The position numbers and the translations under genes are program-made. Shown here piece after piece: positions 1 through 12,222 of a stretch of DNA of 62,258 bases; within the stretch, counting starts at the first letter, position 1, and every line of letters begins with the position of its first letter. Source of the DNA: Octopus sinensis (lineage: Eukaryota). The stretch covers positions 1 to 62,258 of the forward strand of contig NW_021834894.1 of the NCBI RefSeq assembly GCF_006345805.1, given 5' to 3'. The notes under the pieces were generated by a model that did not search any database, had not been told where the DNA came from, and worked only from the letters and a program-made list of their open reading frames with translations.

Positions 1-900
1 ATGTATCTATATGTGTGTATATATATGTATATATATGTGTATATATATATGTATATATATATGTATATGTATGTATATGTGTATATATATATGTTATATA
101 TATGTATATGTATATATATGTTGTATATATATATGTTATATATATAAATTATGTATATGTATATGGTATATATATGTGTATGTATATATATGTATATATA
201 TAAATATGTATGTATATTATGTGTATATAATATGTGTATAGATATGTACAAAGATATATATATATAACATATTCATATGCATGTATATATATATATAGAT
301 ATGTATAGATATATGTATACATATCGTATATATATGTGTATTATATTATATATATATATATATATATACAAATATAAGTATATATATTTGTACACATATG
401 TTTAGATACATGTATACATATGTATATATATATATATATATCAAATATAAGTATATATATGTACACATATGTTTAGATACATGTATACATATGTATATAT
501 ATATATATATATACCAATATAAGTATATATATGTACATATATGTTTAGATACATGTATACATATGTATATATAGATATGTATAAATATATGTATGTATAT
601 AGATATATGTATATATATATATATGTGTATATATATATATATATATACATATATATTATACATATATAAGTATATATATGTACACATATATGTTTAGATA
701 CATGTATACATATGTATATATAGATATGTAGAAATATATGTATGTATATAGATATATGTATACATATATATATATATGTATATATATATGCATATATATA
801 TATGTATAGATGTGTCTCTGTATGTATATATACAGATGTATGTATGTGTATATGCATGGATGTATGTATGTTGTTTTTGTATATCTATACATATATGTAT
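1..900. repeat. (TA)n/(TG)n-derived low-complexity array with short internal duplications (e.g. 'aatataagtatatatatgtacacatatgtttagatacatg' recurring)
   Basis: Direct reading; the Y/I/C/V-rich ORFs here are translations of dinucleotide repeats. Confidence 0.95.
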
Positions 901-1889
901 GCATGCATGTGTTTGTCATAATTGTGTTGTGAATGATAAAATATTTTTGGAAACTTTCTGTAGGCCTTTGAGCAGATTTCACCAAACTTTTTACAACAAT
1001 TGATGCCAATTCTCTACTTTACTTTCTCTCTCCTGGTTAATATGATGATCATGTGCTGCCCCCCACCACTCCTCACCCACCACAAGCACTTCTGTAAAAG
1101 GCAGAAGTGTGCTAGCACATGAAAACTTAATGCGCACGTTCAGGATCAGTGTGTGCCAAGCTACTTCACTCCATGTGCTTTAGCTTCTTTACCATAGCAA
1201 CAATCCGGATACTTATTGATCAGATCACATTTATGGATAGACAGAAGGGAAGGAACGAATGATTGCCAAGTAATTACATCTAAAGAACTTGGCAATTTGG
1301 TAAAAGAGCCTGAAGAATATACTAATTGATGCTGATATATTTGACTAAACCTTTAGAGGTGTTGCTCCAGTGTGGCCACATTCCAATGAGTGAAACAAGT
1401 AAAAGATAAAAAAGAATGTAGCATTTTTTCACATATACTTTTATTAGTAGGGTGTATAGTGAAGAAGATATGTCACTGCTCTATTAGCATATGTTGATAA
1501 TGAAGCTCTCTCGTTTGAAACTTATATTTACTTGTTTCCCTGTTTACTTGGAGAGGAGTTGAACTGGCTCCAACTTCTGAATCTAAATCCATAACATGGA
1601 TTCATTGGATGTTTTGGACATTTTACATTGTAATCCGTTGAATCAAATAATCAATTTTAGTAACTTGTTTGTAGCCACATGCCACCAGCATGTGAACACA
1701 ATTAACAATTACTTGTGGAGTTGTATTTACTATGCATATTGTGTTTCATAGCCCCAAGCGATGAAATACATGTATTAGTCATAAGATGTTTCAGGGCTAC
1801 TTGCCTTCAGTATCTTCATTTGCACATGCTTGTTGTATCTATTCTTTATTTAGTTTCAAATGTAAATGCTGGCCTTCAGTTTTGCTGCA

Positions 1890-2532
1890 GGCAGAAAGTA
1901 GTGTTCATGTGTGGAATTTGCACAGGAGCTGTAAAGACTACAGATACTCGAGAAAGTGATTTCTCTCAAATGCACAGGAGGCTCCCTAGAGGTAGGAGGT
2001 AATTATGGTTACTGATGTGACCTAATTAACAGTAGAGGAGGATGATCTGAAAAGGTAATTGCTTGAATAAGAATAGGATAAGGAAAGTTCAGGGAGCCTT
2101 TGCCTTTGTTGTTAACAATAGTCTCTTAGAGTGAAACGATGATTGAAATATGCTTGTGTACCAATCGCAATGCTACATGGTAGTGAGACTTGGGCCCTAA
2201 ATGCAGAGGATATGTGAAGAATACAGAGGACTGAAGTTAGTATGCTTCACTTGATGTGCAAAGTCAGTGTGCATGTATGACTGAGTGCAAGTGTCTTGAG
2301 AGACAAGTTTGGCATAGAGTCATTTAGTGTAAGCTGCGAGCAAGAAGACTTTGCTGGTTTGGTGATGTGATGATGAATGAGAACAAATGCATAAAGAACT
2401 GTCAGTAACTTAAAGAGGGTGGAACTTGTGAAAGAGGAAGACATAAAAAGACATGGGACAAAGTAATGGAAGCCGATCTCAAGATGCTGATCCTTGCAGA
2501 AGAGATAACAAAAGACTGAGATGGCTGGAACC
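1890..2532 (+). mobile_element. Fossil RTE-clade LINE, C-terminal part of the RT ORF
   Basis: Manual translation across stops and frameshifts gives FMCGICTG..., ...AMLHGSETWAL..., ...RRLCWFGDVM..., ...RGRHKKTWDKVMEADLKML. These match the RTE motifs (Y/H)GSETW, RRLRWFGHV and RGRP.KTW. Confidence 0.85.
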
Positions 2533-3277
2533 AAACCTGGAACCATTCAGTTCCAAAACTTATGGCTGTTGACCACAGCCATACCTGAACCCCACCAAAA
2601 CGTACCTAAAACCCAATGGTCATGGTTAGAATGTCTTTGATCATAGCCTGCTGGATTAGTGCTAATCTATGTTTAACAACAAAAAAGAAAAAAGGATAAA
2701 GAGGAAAACAAAACAGCAGGCTTGTAATCTCTGCAGTGCAGCATCAGATGATAATGAATGTGTTTCTACATGGTTACCAAGTTTGCTGGAAATAACAGGC
2801 AAAGACGGAAACGACATATTAGATAATGTACTCTTAGTTATCTTCTGAAAAAAATCTAAAGAGAGAAAAATGATTGAATGGGTCACTTCTGAAACATCTG
2901 CCTGATCAGAAAGAGAGATACTGAGTTAAGTAACAGCAACAACAACAGTAAAAACAAACAACCTCTCCTTCCTCTCTGTCGTTATCGCTCATGCTTGCTT
3001 GTTGGTTGGATAAACACACACACACACACATGTACACGCGCACATACACACATGCAGAAATTTCTCCCTGCTCTCCTGTCAAGTCCACTCGACCAATGTC
3101 ACACACAGCTCATCAGTAAATTTATAAATCTCCACATGAAGGTAAATCCATTGAAGTGGAACTAGTCTGGAAGATGGGAAATGTATGAAGTTAGGATGGA
3201 AGAGGTGGGGAATAAATACATACAGTGTGTGTATATATGCTTATGTGTATTTACATACATACTTATTTACATGTATA

Positions 3278-3321
<44 letters not shown>

Positions 3322-4175
3322 TAGATATTTGTGAGTGTGTGTGTATATCTATATACATGCATGCAATCATATATATATAATATATACATGTGTGTATGTA
3401 TATTCATATTTGTGTGTGTGTATATACATATTTGTATATGTGTGTGTATATCTAATATAATAAATGAGAAAACTAGTTTGTGTGTCAGTGTGTTACAGTT
3501 CAACCCCCCCCCCCACTATTCATTGACACTCCTACTATTGCTCATACTAGAGTGAGAGTAATAGTAGGCATAGAGACAGTGGGAGTGGTGGCGAAGACAA
3601 AAAGAGGAGAGAAAGATACAAAGAAATTTAGGGACAGTTGATGTTTTATTAATAGTAGTAGTGTTGATGGTGGCAGTGGAAGTAATAATAAAAGAGAGAA
3701 AAAGAGGGACTGAACACTGAACTAACATACTGAGCACAATTATTTTACACACAAATGGTGATGGTAATGGGGTGATAGTAATATTATGAGCTGTAGTTGT
3801 GATAGAGGCAGAGGTGACAGTGATGATGGTGGTGGTAGTAGCTGAGGTGGTCAGGAATGATGCTGAGGGTAGGCAATGTGAAAGACAGTGGTGATGGTGG
3901 TGGAAGAGAAGGCAGCGAAGTCAAAAGTATTGATGGAGGTGGCGTCAGAAGTCTGAATTGTATGTGTATGGCAGATCTGGTGGCGATGGCGGTGGTGCTG
4001 TTGTTTATCGTGCAGCTTTGCAAAAAGTTCCAAGTTGACACATTAAATCATTGTTTTGATGAAAACTGTTCATTGCTTAAAAAATTTCGTTCAAGTTTAA
4101 TAAAATTTAATATGTACTCATTGCATGAAGTGTCATTGTTGGACCCAAGGCCTAATGAAGAGCCCTCCACAGGAG

Positions 4176-4215
4176 CTAGCTTAAAAACCGTCCTGTTGGG
4201 CGGTTTTTAAGCTAG
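4176..4215 (+). other. Perfect 15-bp inverted repeat ending in CTAG-T; resembles a Helitron-type 3' terminal hairpin
   Basis: CTAGCTTAAAAACCG (4176-4190) / spacer TCCTGTTGGG / CGGTTTTTAAGCTAG (4201-4215), followed by T. Confidence 0.5.
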
Positions 4216-4230
4216 TCATATATATATGTA

Positions 4231-5100
4231 CTTTTCTGCTCTAGGCACAGGGCCTGAAATTTTTGGGGAGGGGGCCAGCTGATTCGGTCAACCCCAGTAC
4301 ACAATTGGTACTTAGTTTATCAAGCCTGAAAGTATGAACAGCAAAGTCGACCTCGGTGGAATTTGAACTCAGAACATAAAGATGAACAAAATACCACCAA
4401 GCATTTAGCTTGGCATGCTAATATTTCTGCCAGCTGACTGCCATTAAGTTACTAAAATATTATTTTCTACTCTAGACACAAGCCCCAAAATTTTGGGGGA
4501 GGGGGTCCGGTCGATCAGATTGACTTAATTTATTGGCCTAGTACTTAATTTATTGACCCCGAGAGGATGAAAGGCAAAGTCAACCTTGGCAGAATTTGAA
4601 CTCAGAACGTAAAGAGACAAAATACCGCTAAGTATTTTGCCCTGTGTGCTAACATTTCTGCCAGCTCACATATACACACACACACACACACACTCACGTG
4701 CGCGTTTAATACCCCATGTGTGTTTACATATGTATGTGAAAAATAATGTTGATTTAGATGTAAGGCAAAAATGTCATGAAATTTACTATAACAATGATTA
4801 TGATGATTATGTGTGTATGTATATATATGTACATATATATATATATATGTATGTATATATGTATGCATGTATGTATATAGGCAGAAATAATAATCTTTTC
4901 CACTATAGGCACAAGGCCAGAAATGTGGAGAGAGGGACATAAGTCAAATTGGCTCCAGTGCTCGCTCAACTAGTACCTATTTATGGACCCTGATAAGATG
5001 AAAGGCAATGTCAACCTCAGTGGAATTTGAACTCATAACATAAAGATGCGTGAAATGTCACTGAACACTTTGCCCAGAGGGCTTACCATTGTGTCAGCTG
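4231..5100 (-). mobile_element. Three same-orientation copies of tRNA-headed SINE family B (~4231-4440, ~4463-4670, ~4900-5100)
   Basis: The reverse complement reads AGCTGGCAGAA.(G/A)TTAGCA... (A-box-like), ...GAGTTCAAATTC(C/T)(A/G)CC.AGGT (B-box-like), then CTTTGCCTTTCATCC...GATAAA..AAGTAC. Related copies at ~32560-32700 (-), ~37300-37640 (-) and ~50535-50755 (+). Confidence 0.85.
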
Positions 5101-5762
5101 AATCTATTTCTCAACAATTCAAAAACAGTACAAAGTACCAGGTAAAATCCAGTAAATATAGGAATCCACATAGAAAGTATATTAACAGGAGGATTACAAA
5201 GAATGATAATTTTATATATAAAGGAAAATTTCATTTAAGAATCTGTTATGTGGGACCGATCAAATAGTCTCATACTTTCTAGATCAGCCTGAAATTTAAT
5301 AGCAAATACCCATGTCACAACTCTCATTTTCTGGTTCCCAAGTGCATATTTAGAGTTGACCTTTCACTCGGCCTAATATTCAACACCCTCACCCAACTTG
5401 CAACAAATTTAAACATGGGCTGCAACCTTCTTCCCCATGTTTACCTTCTCCAAATGAGCTTTGGAAAATTATGATGTGTGTTTGGCCAAAAAGGAATGTG
5501 TCAGTCTTGGATTTTCAGTCACATCCACCGATACAACCTCTTCCAACAGAGCCAGCAGATGGAGAAAATCTGCCCTTTATTCTTGCTGGGGATAGTCTTT
5601 CCAATGGTCTCTCAGATAGCTAATCTACATGCAACAACGATTGCTTCACATAACTCTGCAACTCAGTTGTAGTTCAGACATTGAACAATTGCATTCAAAA
5701 TAGCCTTATTACTCTACATGCCTCTCAGACAGGGCAGGCTGTTAGGATTTGTGCATCTTTAA

Positions 5763-6337
5763 CCCTTTTGTATTTAAAACGGCCATACCTGGCGCAGGAG
5801 TGACTGTGTATAGGCGCAGGAGTGGCTGTGTGGTAAGTAGCTTGCTTACTAGCCACATGCTTCTGAGATCAGTCACACTATAGCCTCAGGTCAATGAAAC
5901 TAAAAGAAGTCCATCATATATGTGTGTGTGTTTGTGTATCTGTGATTGTCTCCCCAACATCGCTTGACAACCGATGGTGGTGTGCTTACATCCCCGTAAC
6001 TTAGCGGTTCGGCAAAATAGACTGATAGAGTAAGTACTTGGCTTACAAAGAATAAGTCCTGGGATCGATTTGCTTGACTAAAGATGGTGCTTCAGTATGG
6101 CCGCAGTCAAATGACTGAAACAAGTAAGAGTAAAAGAGTATACCTGGCCCAAATATTCTACCTGTTATATGTTCAAACTAAGTGAATTCAGCCTCTCACA
6201 CCTATCCTACAATGTCATTCTAAAAATAAGCAATCCCATCATAAAAATTTCAAACCTATGAGATGATGCATGATAAATTCAAAACAATGTGAATAAACAA
6301 ACATTACATTTGACAGAGGAATCTGAATGCTAAAGGT
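5763..6337. mobile_element. piggyBac-like MITE (TTAA-flanked, CCCTTT termini) interrupted by a SINE
   Basis: TTAA 5759-5762 + CCCTTTTGTATT ... AATGCTAAAGGT + TTAA 6338-6341. The body 'ggccata.ctggcccaaatattc...cacacctatcctaca...' recurs at ~10816-10960 and 12223-13184. Confidence 0.7.
5791..6139 (+). mobile_element. SINE family A (tRNA-like head, internal microsatellite, LINE-like 3' tail), internally deleted copy with a 9-bp target duplication
   Basis: Starts GGCGCAGGAGTG(A/G)CTGTG (head duplicated) and ends CAGTATGGCCGCAGTCAAATGACTGAAACAAGTAAGAG. ATACCTGGC occurs at 5785-5793 and 6140-6148. Confidence 0.9.
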
Positions 6338-6553
6338 TTAAACTTCATCTCAGACCAATAATACCCACTTGCAGTTCTACCGTGCAAGGAATTCCTTGAA
6401 GTTATCCCGAGTTCCTGAGCTAAAAGTCCCCTGGAATAACCCAGAGTTTCTTCTAAGGCCTCATTGCTTTCATCTGCCATGAATCCTCTATAATAAATTA
6501 TAATATATTTTTGTATAATAGAAATTACATAAGTTGTAGAATAATATGCCAAT

Positions 6554-6830
6554 GGGCATATGGCGTAGAGGTTAAGAGTGCGGGCTACTAACCCCAAGAT
6601 TCCAAGTTCGATTCCAAGCAGTGACCTGAATAATAATAATAATAATAATAATTATAATTAAAATCATAATGATAATAATAATGAAAAATACCTTAGGAAT
6701 GAAAACCAAGGTTCAGAATTTCCCCAAGACGCCTAATGAAGGCTGGAGGGTATATCAGCTGAAATGTTGTGTTAACAAAAAACAAGATGAAGACAAATAT
6801 CCATCAAATGTAAATAATGTAAATAATAAT
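6554..6830 (+). mobile_element. tRNA-headed, hammerhead-tailed repeat, locus 1 (head complete; ribozyme core decayed)
   Basis: A-box TGGCGTAGAGG, B-box GTTCGATTCC, (AAT)n spacer, then GACGC-CTAATGA-A-GGCTG-GAGGGTATAT-CAGCT-GAAA-TGTT-GTGTT and a (TGTAAATAA)n tail. Confidence 0.85.
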
Positions 6831-6967
6831 TATGTTGAAATATTTCATTTCATATTATATGTTTGCTGTATACATGTACAATATAACAATTATTGTTTTA
6901 ACATTTCCATGCACACACACACACATCCTTTTATGTAAGGTTCTACACACACACACACACATATATT

Positions 6968-7327
6968 GAGAGGCGGTTGGATTGAACTTACACTTGCCTC
7001 CTTATGAGAGCTCAAAATCTCTCGTGGAAGCGTCATCCAACCAAAGTACAAATATATGGGAAACTACCACCTGTATCATCTCTTGTGAAAAGTTGAAGAG
7101 TCCAGCTTGCTGGACATTGTTGTAGAGCTGAAAACGAGGTAATATCTACTCTTCCCCTCTGGAAGCCATCTGCTCGCGATACCAGAGGGCACACACTTTC
7201 CCACCCTGATGTAATCTCCAGGGATACAGGCATCCAGCAACAGGACCTCTGTAATGCTATGATGGACCATGAAGTCTGGCGTAACATAGTAAATTCCATT
7301 GTCTCGATCACAGTCGAACAATGATGA

Positions 7328-7331
<4 letters not shown>
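6968..7331 (+). mobile_element. 3' end of an RTE-clade LINE (different family from 1890-2532), with stop codon and (ATG)n tail
   Basis: One frame with two stops: ERRLD*TYTCLLMRAQNLSWKRHPTKVQIYGKLPPVSSLVKS*RVQLAGHCCRAENEVISTLPLWKPSARDTRGHTLSHPDVISRDTGIQQQDLCNAMMDHEVWRNIVNSIVSITVEQ* (TGA 7322-7324), then TGATGA. Confidence 0.85.
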
Positions 7332-7365
<34 letters not shown>

Positions 7366-7564
7366 TTTAATGTTAAGTTCAAGGATTACTCAATGCTATT
7401 CAGCAAAATGCCATTTGGGGTAGATGACAGGAAGAACATCTACTTGTAGAAAGTCTGCCTCAGCAAAGTTTGTCTGAGTCATGCAAGCATAGAACATAGA
7501 TATTAAAATGATGATGATGGCAACAATGATGATACATGCATGCATACACTGTTATCTACCACCC

Positions 7565-7599
<35 letters not shown>

Positions 7600-7889
7600 T
7601 ATGTCCCATGCTGGCATGAGTTAGACATATGCACACTCTCACAGATGCATTTATACACAAACATATTTTTATATGCAAATATTTAAGTTAGTGTGTGTGT
7701 GTGTGTGTGTTTTCATGAGACTATGGTTGCATGTGCTTGTATGAATCAACTGACATTAGAATTCAACAGATGACATGGTTTGGCTGCAACCCAGCTCTGT
7801 ATATGATGGCTGCATTGCATGTGTTCATATGCAATGCATATGAGCACAGTTGGCTGCCGCATTCAGGCTTCACATATGCCAATTATCGC

Positions 7890-7894
7890 TGGGC

Positions 7895-7940
<46 letters not shown>

Positions 7941-8374
7941 ATGAATGTCTGCTGTTTCACTCTTGTACATTCATAGGTCTGAACACTTAGGCCTACATAT
8001 CTCTGTGTATGTATGTGTCTATTTATATACTTGTACACACACAGATATACAATGAATAACTGTATGTGTGAGTATGTATGCATGTGAATATGTGTCTGTG
8101 TGTGTATGTATAGATATGCACATATGTGTGTGTGTATGTATCTACATATATATACATGTGCATATATGTGTGTCTATGTATGTGTGAGTGTATATATGTG
8201 TATGAATATGTGTATGTAGATATCTGCATATATATATGTGTATGAATATGTGTATGTAGATATCTGCATATATATATATATATGCATGTGTATGTATAGA
8301 TATGCACATGTGTGTGTATCTATATATATATATATGCATGTGTATGTATAGATATGCTCATGTGTGTGTGTATC

Positions 8375-8460
<86 letters not shown>

Positions 8461-8640
8461 ATATGCATGTGTATGTACATATGTGTGTGTGTATCTAAAT
8501 ATATATATATATATATATATATACATACATACATGTGTGTGTGTATATGCATATATATATATATACACACACACGCACATGCCTATGTGCATACACATCT
8601 ATTAAACCGCACATGTTCACATGCAAGCATGTATGCATAA
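7890..8640. repeat. (TA)n/(TG)n low-complexity array
   Basis: Direct reading. Confidence 0.9.
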
Positions 8641-9414
8641 ATATAATACATTTTCAATACATGAACAATATACATTATGCATCTCTATACGTAACTGCTT
8701 AGAATATACACTTTGCATTTTGTACATAGACACACAAAATATATATTATATATCTGAGTATATAGTTTCATAAATACATAGAACGTATACTCTACTTTTG
8801 TGTAAATAAATCCGTTAAATATATATTGTGTATCAACGCATCTGTGTAAATATCCATAAACATGCACGTTTGTGCATGTATATGCATGTTTAGATATATA
8901 CGTATATGCATTTATATATTGTAGTTACTTGTCTATGTATGTGTACATGCAGATGCAGATAAGCATACGTGTGTATACATACACACAAATTCATGTATAT
9001 ACATGCTCGTTGATCTCAGATGATTACAATGTGTCACCAAGTAAGCTATGAGTAATCGCTCTTCAAGATCTGAAGCTGGTCATTCCAGTTCAAATCATGA
9101 GTCCAGCTGTACCAGTTTAACTCTTTTGTTACCATGTTCTTACTGAAATCTAATGAATTTTTTTTCAGTCTATTTTGAAAATAATAAGGTGCAGACTTGG
9201 TTGTGCAATTAAGAAGATTGTTTCCCTAGCACATCGTTTTGGGTTCAGTCCCACTGTATGATTCCTTCAACTTGTGTGTTTCACTATAGCCTCTGACCTA
9301 TCAAAACATTGTGAGTGGATTTCATTGGTGGAAACTGGTAAAGACCCATTGTGTGTGTATATGTATACACCCACACACACACACAAGCATACACACATGA
9401 TATATGTAGATATA

Positions 9415-9822
9415 AGCATAGGTGTGGCAGTGTTGTAAGTAGCTTGCTTACAAACCACATGGTTCTGGGTTCAGTCCCACTACATGGCACCTTGAGCAGG
9501 TGTCTTCTACTATAGCTTTGGGCCAACCAAAGCCTTGTGAGTGGATTTGGTAGACGGAAGCTGAAAGAAGCCCATCGTCTCTCTCTCTCTATATATATGT
9601 TGTGTGTGTGTGTGTGTATGTTTGTGTGTCTGTGTTTGTCACACCAGTATCACTTGACAACTGATGCTGGTGTGTTTACGTCCCCGTAACTTAGGAGTTC
9701 AGCAAAAGAGACCAATAGAATAAGTACCAGGCTTACAAAGAATAAGTCCAGGGGTCAATTTGTTCGATAAAAGGTGGTCCTCCAGCATGGCTGCAGTCAA
9801 ATGACTAAAACAAGTAAAAGAT
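9415..9822 (+). mobile_element. SINE family A, near full length
   Basis: Head, ACCTTGAGCAGGTGTCTTCTACTATAGC segment, internal (CT)(AT)(TG) microsatellite and CAGCATGGCTGCAGTCAAATGACTAAAACAAG tail. Many other copies, e.g. ~9920-10295 (-), ~10325-10710 (-), ~13795-14195 (-), ~19810-20310 (-), ~52090-52475 (-), ~54095-54545 (+), ~55030-55450 (-), ~61995-62258 (-). Confidence 0.9.
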
Positions 9823-11050
9823 TATATACGTGAATGTGACTTTGTATATATATATATTTATTCCTGTCACCTTGTCAAGGCATCATGTGATCATCTTTTC
9901 TTTTCTTTTTAACCTTTTTCTTGTTCCACTCATTGGATAGCAGCCATGCTGGGGCACTGCTTTAATGAATTTTAGTCAAATGAATCTTATCCCTGAACTT
10001 ATTTTTTAAAAATCTGGTATATACTCTATCAGGCTCTTTCGCCAAACTCCTAAGTCACAGGGATGTAAACATTGGTTATCAAGCTGTGGGAGCGAACATA
10101 GACAAAAAGACACGCACACACACACACACATATATATATAATGTACTACATGACAGGCTTCTTTCATTTTCCATCTACCTAATTCAGGCACAAGGATTTG
10201 CTCAGCACAAGAAGATACTTGTATAGGTACCATGCAATGGGACTGAACCCAGAGCCATGTGGATAGGAAGCAAGCTCCTTACTGCACAGCCACACCTGTG
10301 AAAACATGAAATAGTACACTATTTTACTCTTTTACTTGTTTCAGTCATTTGACTGTGGCCATGGTGGAGTACTGCCTTTGGTCGAGCAAATCGACCCCAA
10401 GACTTATTCTTTGTAAGCCTAGTACTTATTCTATCGGTCACTTTTGCCGAACCTCTAAGTTACGGGGATGTAAACACACCACCATTGGTTGTCAAGCAAT
10501 GTTGGGGGGACAAACACAGACACACAAACATATATACACATATATATGACGGCCTTCTCTCAATTTTCGTTTACCAAATCCCCTCACAAGGCTTTGGTTG
10601 GCCTGAGGCTATAGTAGAAGATACTTGCCCAAAGTGTCATGCAATGGGAATGAACCCAGAACCATGTGGTTGGTAAGCAAGCTACTTACCACGCAGCCAC
10701 TCCTGTGCCTGTTTGGAAAAGTTAAGAGTTGGTGACAGGAAGAGCATCAAACCATAGAAAATCTACCTCAATAAAGCTCAGCTTGACCCATGAAGGCATG
10801 GTAAGGTGAATGTCAAGCCTTCAGCATTTAGACTGGCCACATCTGGCCCAAATATTCTACTTGTATTAAGTTCAAACACATTATCTCAAACCTCTCACAC
10901 CTATCCTACATTATTCTAAAAAAATAAACAATCACATTGTCAAAATCTTGAAAGTTTAAAAGGACAATGATGAAGAATTTAGTAAGATTACTTTGATCTT
11001 ATTAGAACATAAATTAACAAGAAATTTTGATGGAACAATTTAATTTAGAT

Positions 11051-11368
11051 TACATTATTTACATTTGACGGATATTTGTCCTCATCTTGTTTGTTGTTAA
11101 CACAATGTTTCGGCTGATATACCCTCCAAGCCTTCATCAGGTGTCTTGGGGAAATTTCAAATCTGGGTTCTCATTCCTAAGGTATTTTTCGATGTTGTTA
11201 TTATTATTATTTTTCATGTCACTGCCTGGAATCAAACTCAGAATCTTGGGGTTAGTAGCCTGTGCTCTTAACCACTAAGCCATATGCCTGTGGAGGGTAT
11301 ATCAGCTGAAACGTTGTGTTAACAACAAACAAGATGAGAACAAATATCCGTCAAATGTAAATAATGTA
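11051..11368. mobile_element. tRNA-headed hammerhead repeat, locus 2: full minus-strand unit (11288 to 11051) joined head-to-head to a 5'-deleted plus-strand unit (11291-11368)
   Basis: Termini TACATTATTTACATTTGACGG ... CCGTCAAATGTAAATAATGTA are reverse complements. Minus-strand hammerhead 11145-11099: GACAC-CTGATGA-A-GGCT...AGCC-GAAA-CATT-GTGTT. Confidence 0.9.
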
Positions 11369-11659
11369 AATGTTCTCTTTTCTTCCACACTCTTGGGTCC
11401 TGTTATTCTAGAAAACCCACACCCGAAATTCTTCCTCAGAAGTTCCCTTTTCTTGTCACATTCTGTCTCACAGGGGTTGTTTTATAGATGTTCAAACTGA
11501 TGTAGGTTCACCTCACAAATTGTCAGGGGTCATTGTGTTGTCATGACCACTGGCTCTTTCTCTCTGAAGAAGCCCTTGAAATTCATAAAAGTCATACAAA
11601 CATTGTTTGGGGATATTCATGGTGCAAGAACATAAAACCTCACTTTCATGTGAGCAGCA

Positions 11660-11930
11660 GCAGTAGTATCAATAGTAGTAGTAGTAGTAGTAATATTGGT
11701 TGTGGTGGTGGTGATGGTAGGAGGGGTTAGTCTCACTGGTGGTTGTGGTAGTAATAGCGATAGCAGTATGTGGAAAGGTGGTAATAGTATTAGTAGATGT
11801 GGTGGTAATGGTGGTAGTAGAGTTGGTGTTAGTAGTAGTAGTAGGTATTGTTGCAGCAGCACTACTACTGGTAACGGTTGTGGTGGTAGTAGCTGTAGTG
11901 GTCATGGAGGACATGGTAGCAATAGTCATT
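11660..11930. repeat. (GGT/AGT/AGC)n trinucleotide low-complexity tract
   Basis: Direct reading; the poly-T/V/S/G ORFs are repeat translations with no recognisable domain. Confidence 0.85.
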
Positions 11931-12222
11931 AGTTGTGATTGTCATGGTTAGCATAGTCATTTTATTTGTATATAATTAAAGATTTTCTTTTTATTTTACA
12001 TTTCATATTTTACTAATTTTTTCTTTTTTTTTCTTTTTTTTTTTTCTCTATTTCCCTTGACAGTTGATAAAATAGTTGTCATTGAAGTGATTATCTCTCT
12101 TGATTATCGTATTCCATCATACACAATAGCTTTGAGCTAAGTGTTCAAAACAACAACAAAATGGAAATTTTTTTTTTTATCTATCCTCCTCATTATCATC
12201 ACCATCATCATTGTTGCTTTAA

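Noticed and set aside
5480-5620. ...LPFILAGDS/FP... resembling a Harbinger transposase motif
   Set aside because: Only one short motif with a frameshift; no TIRs or downstream motifs recognisable.
6554-6626. tRNA gene calls for SINE heads (also 11215-11288, 37848-37919)
   Set aside because: A/B boxes are present but the acceptor and anticodon stems do not pair properly; these are SINE heads, not tRNAs.
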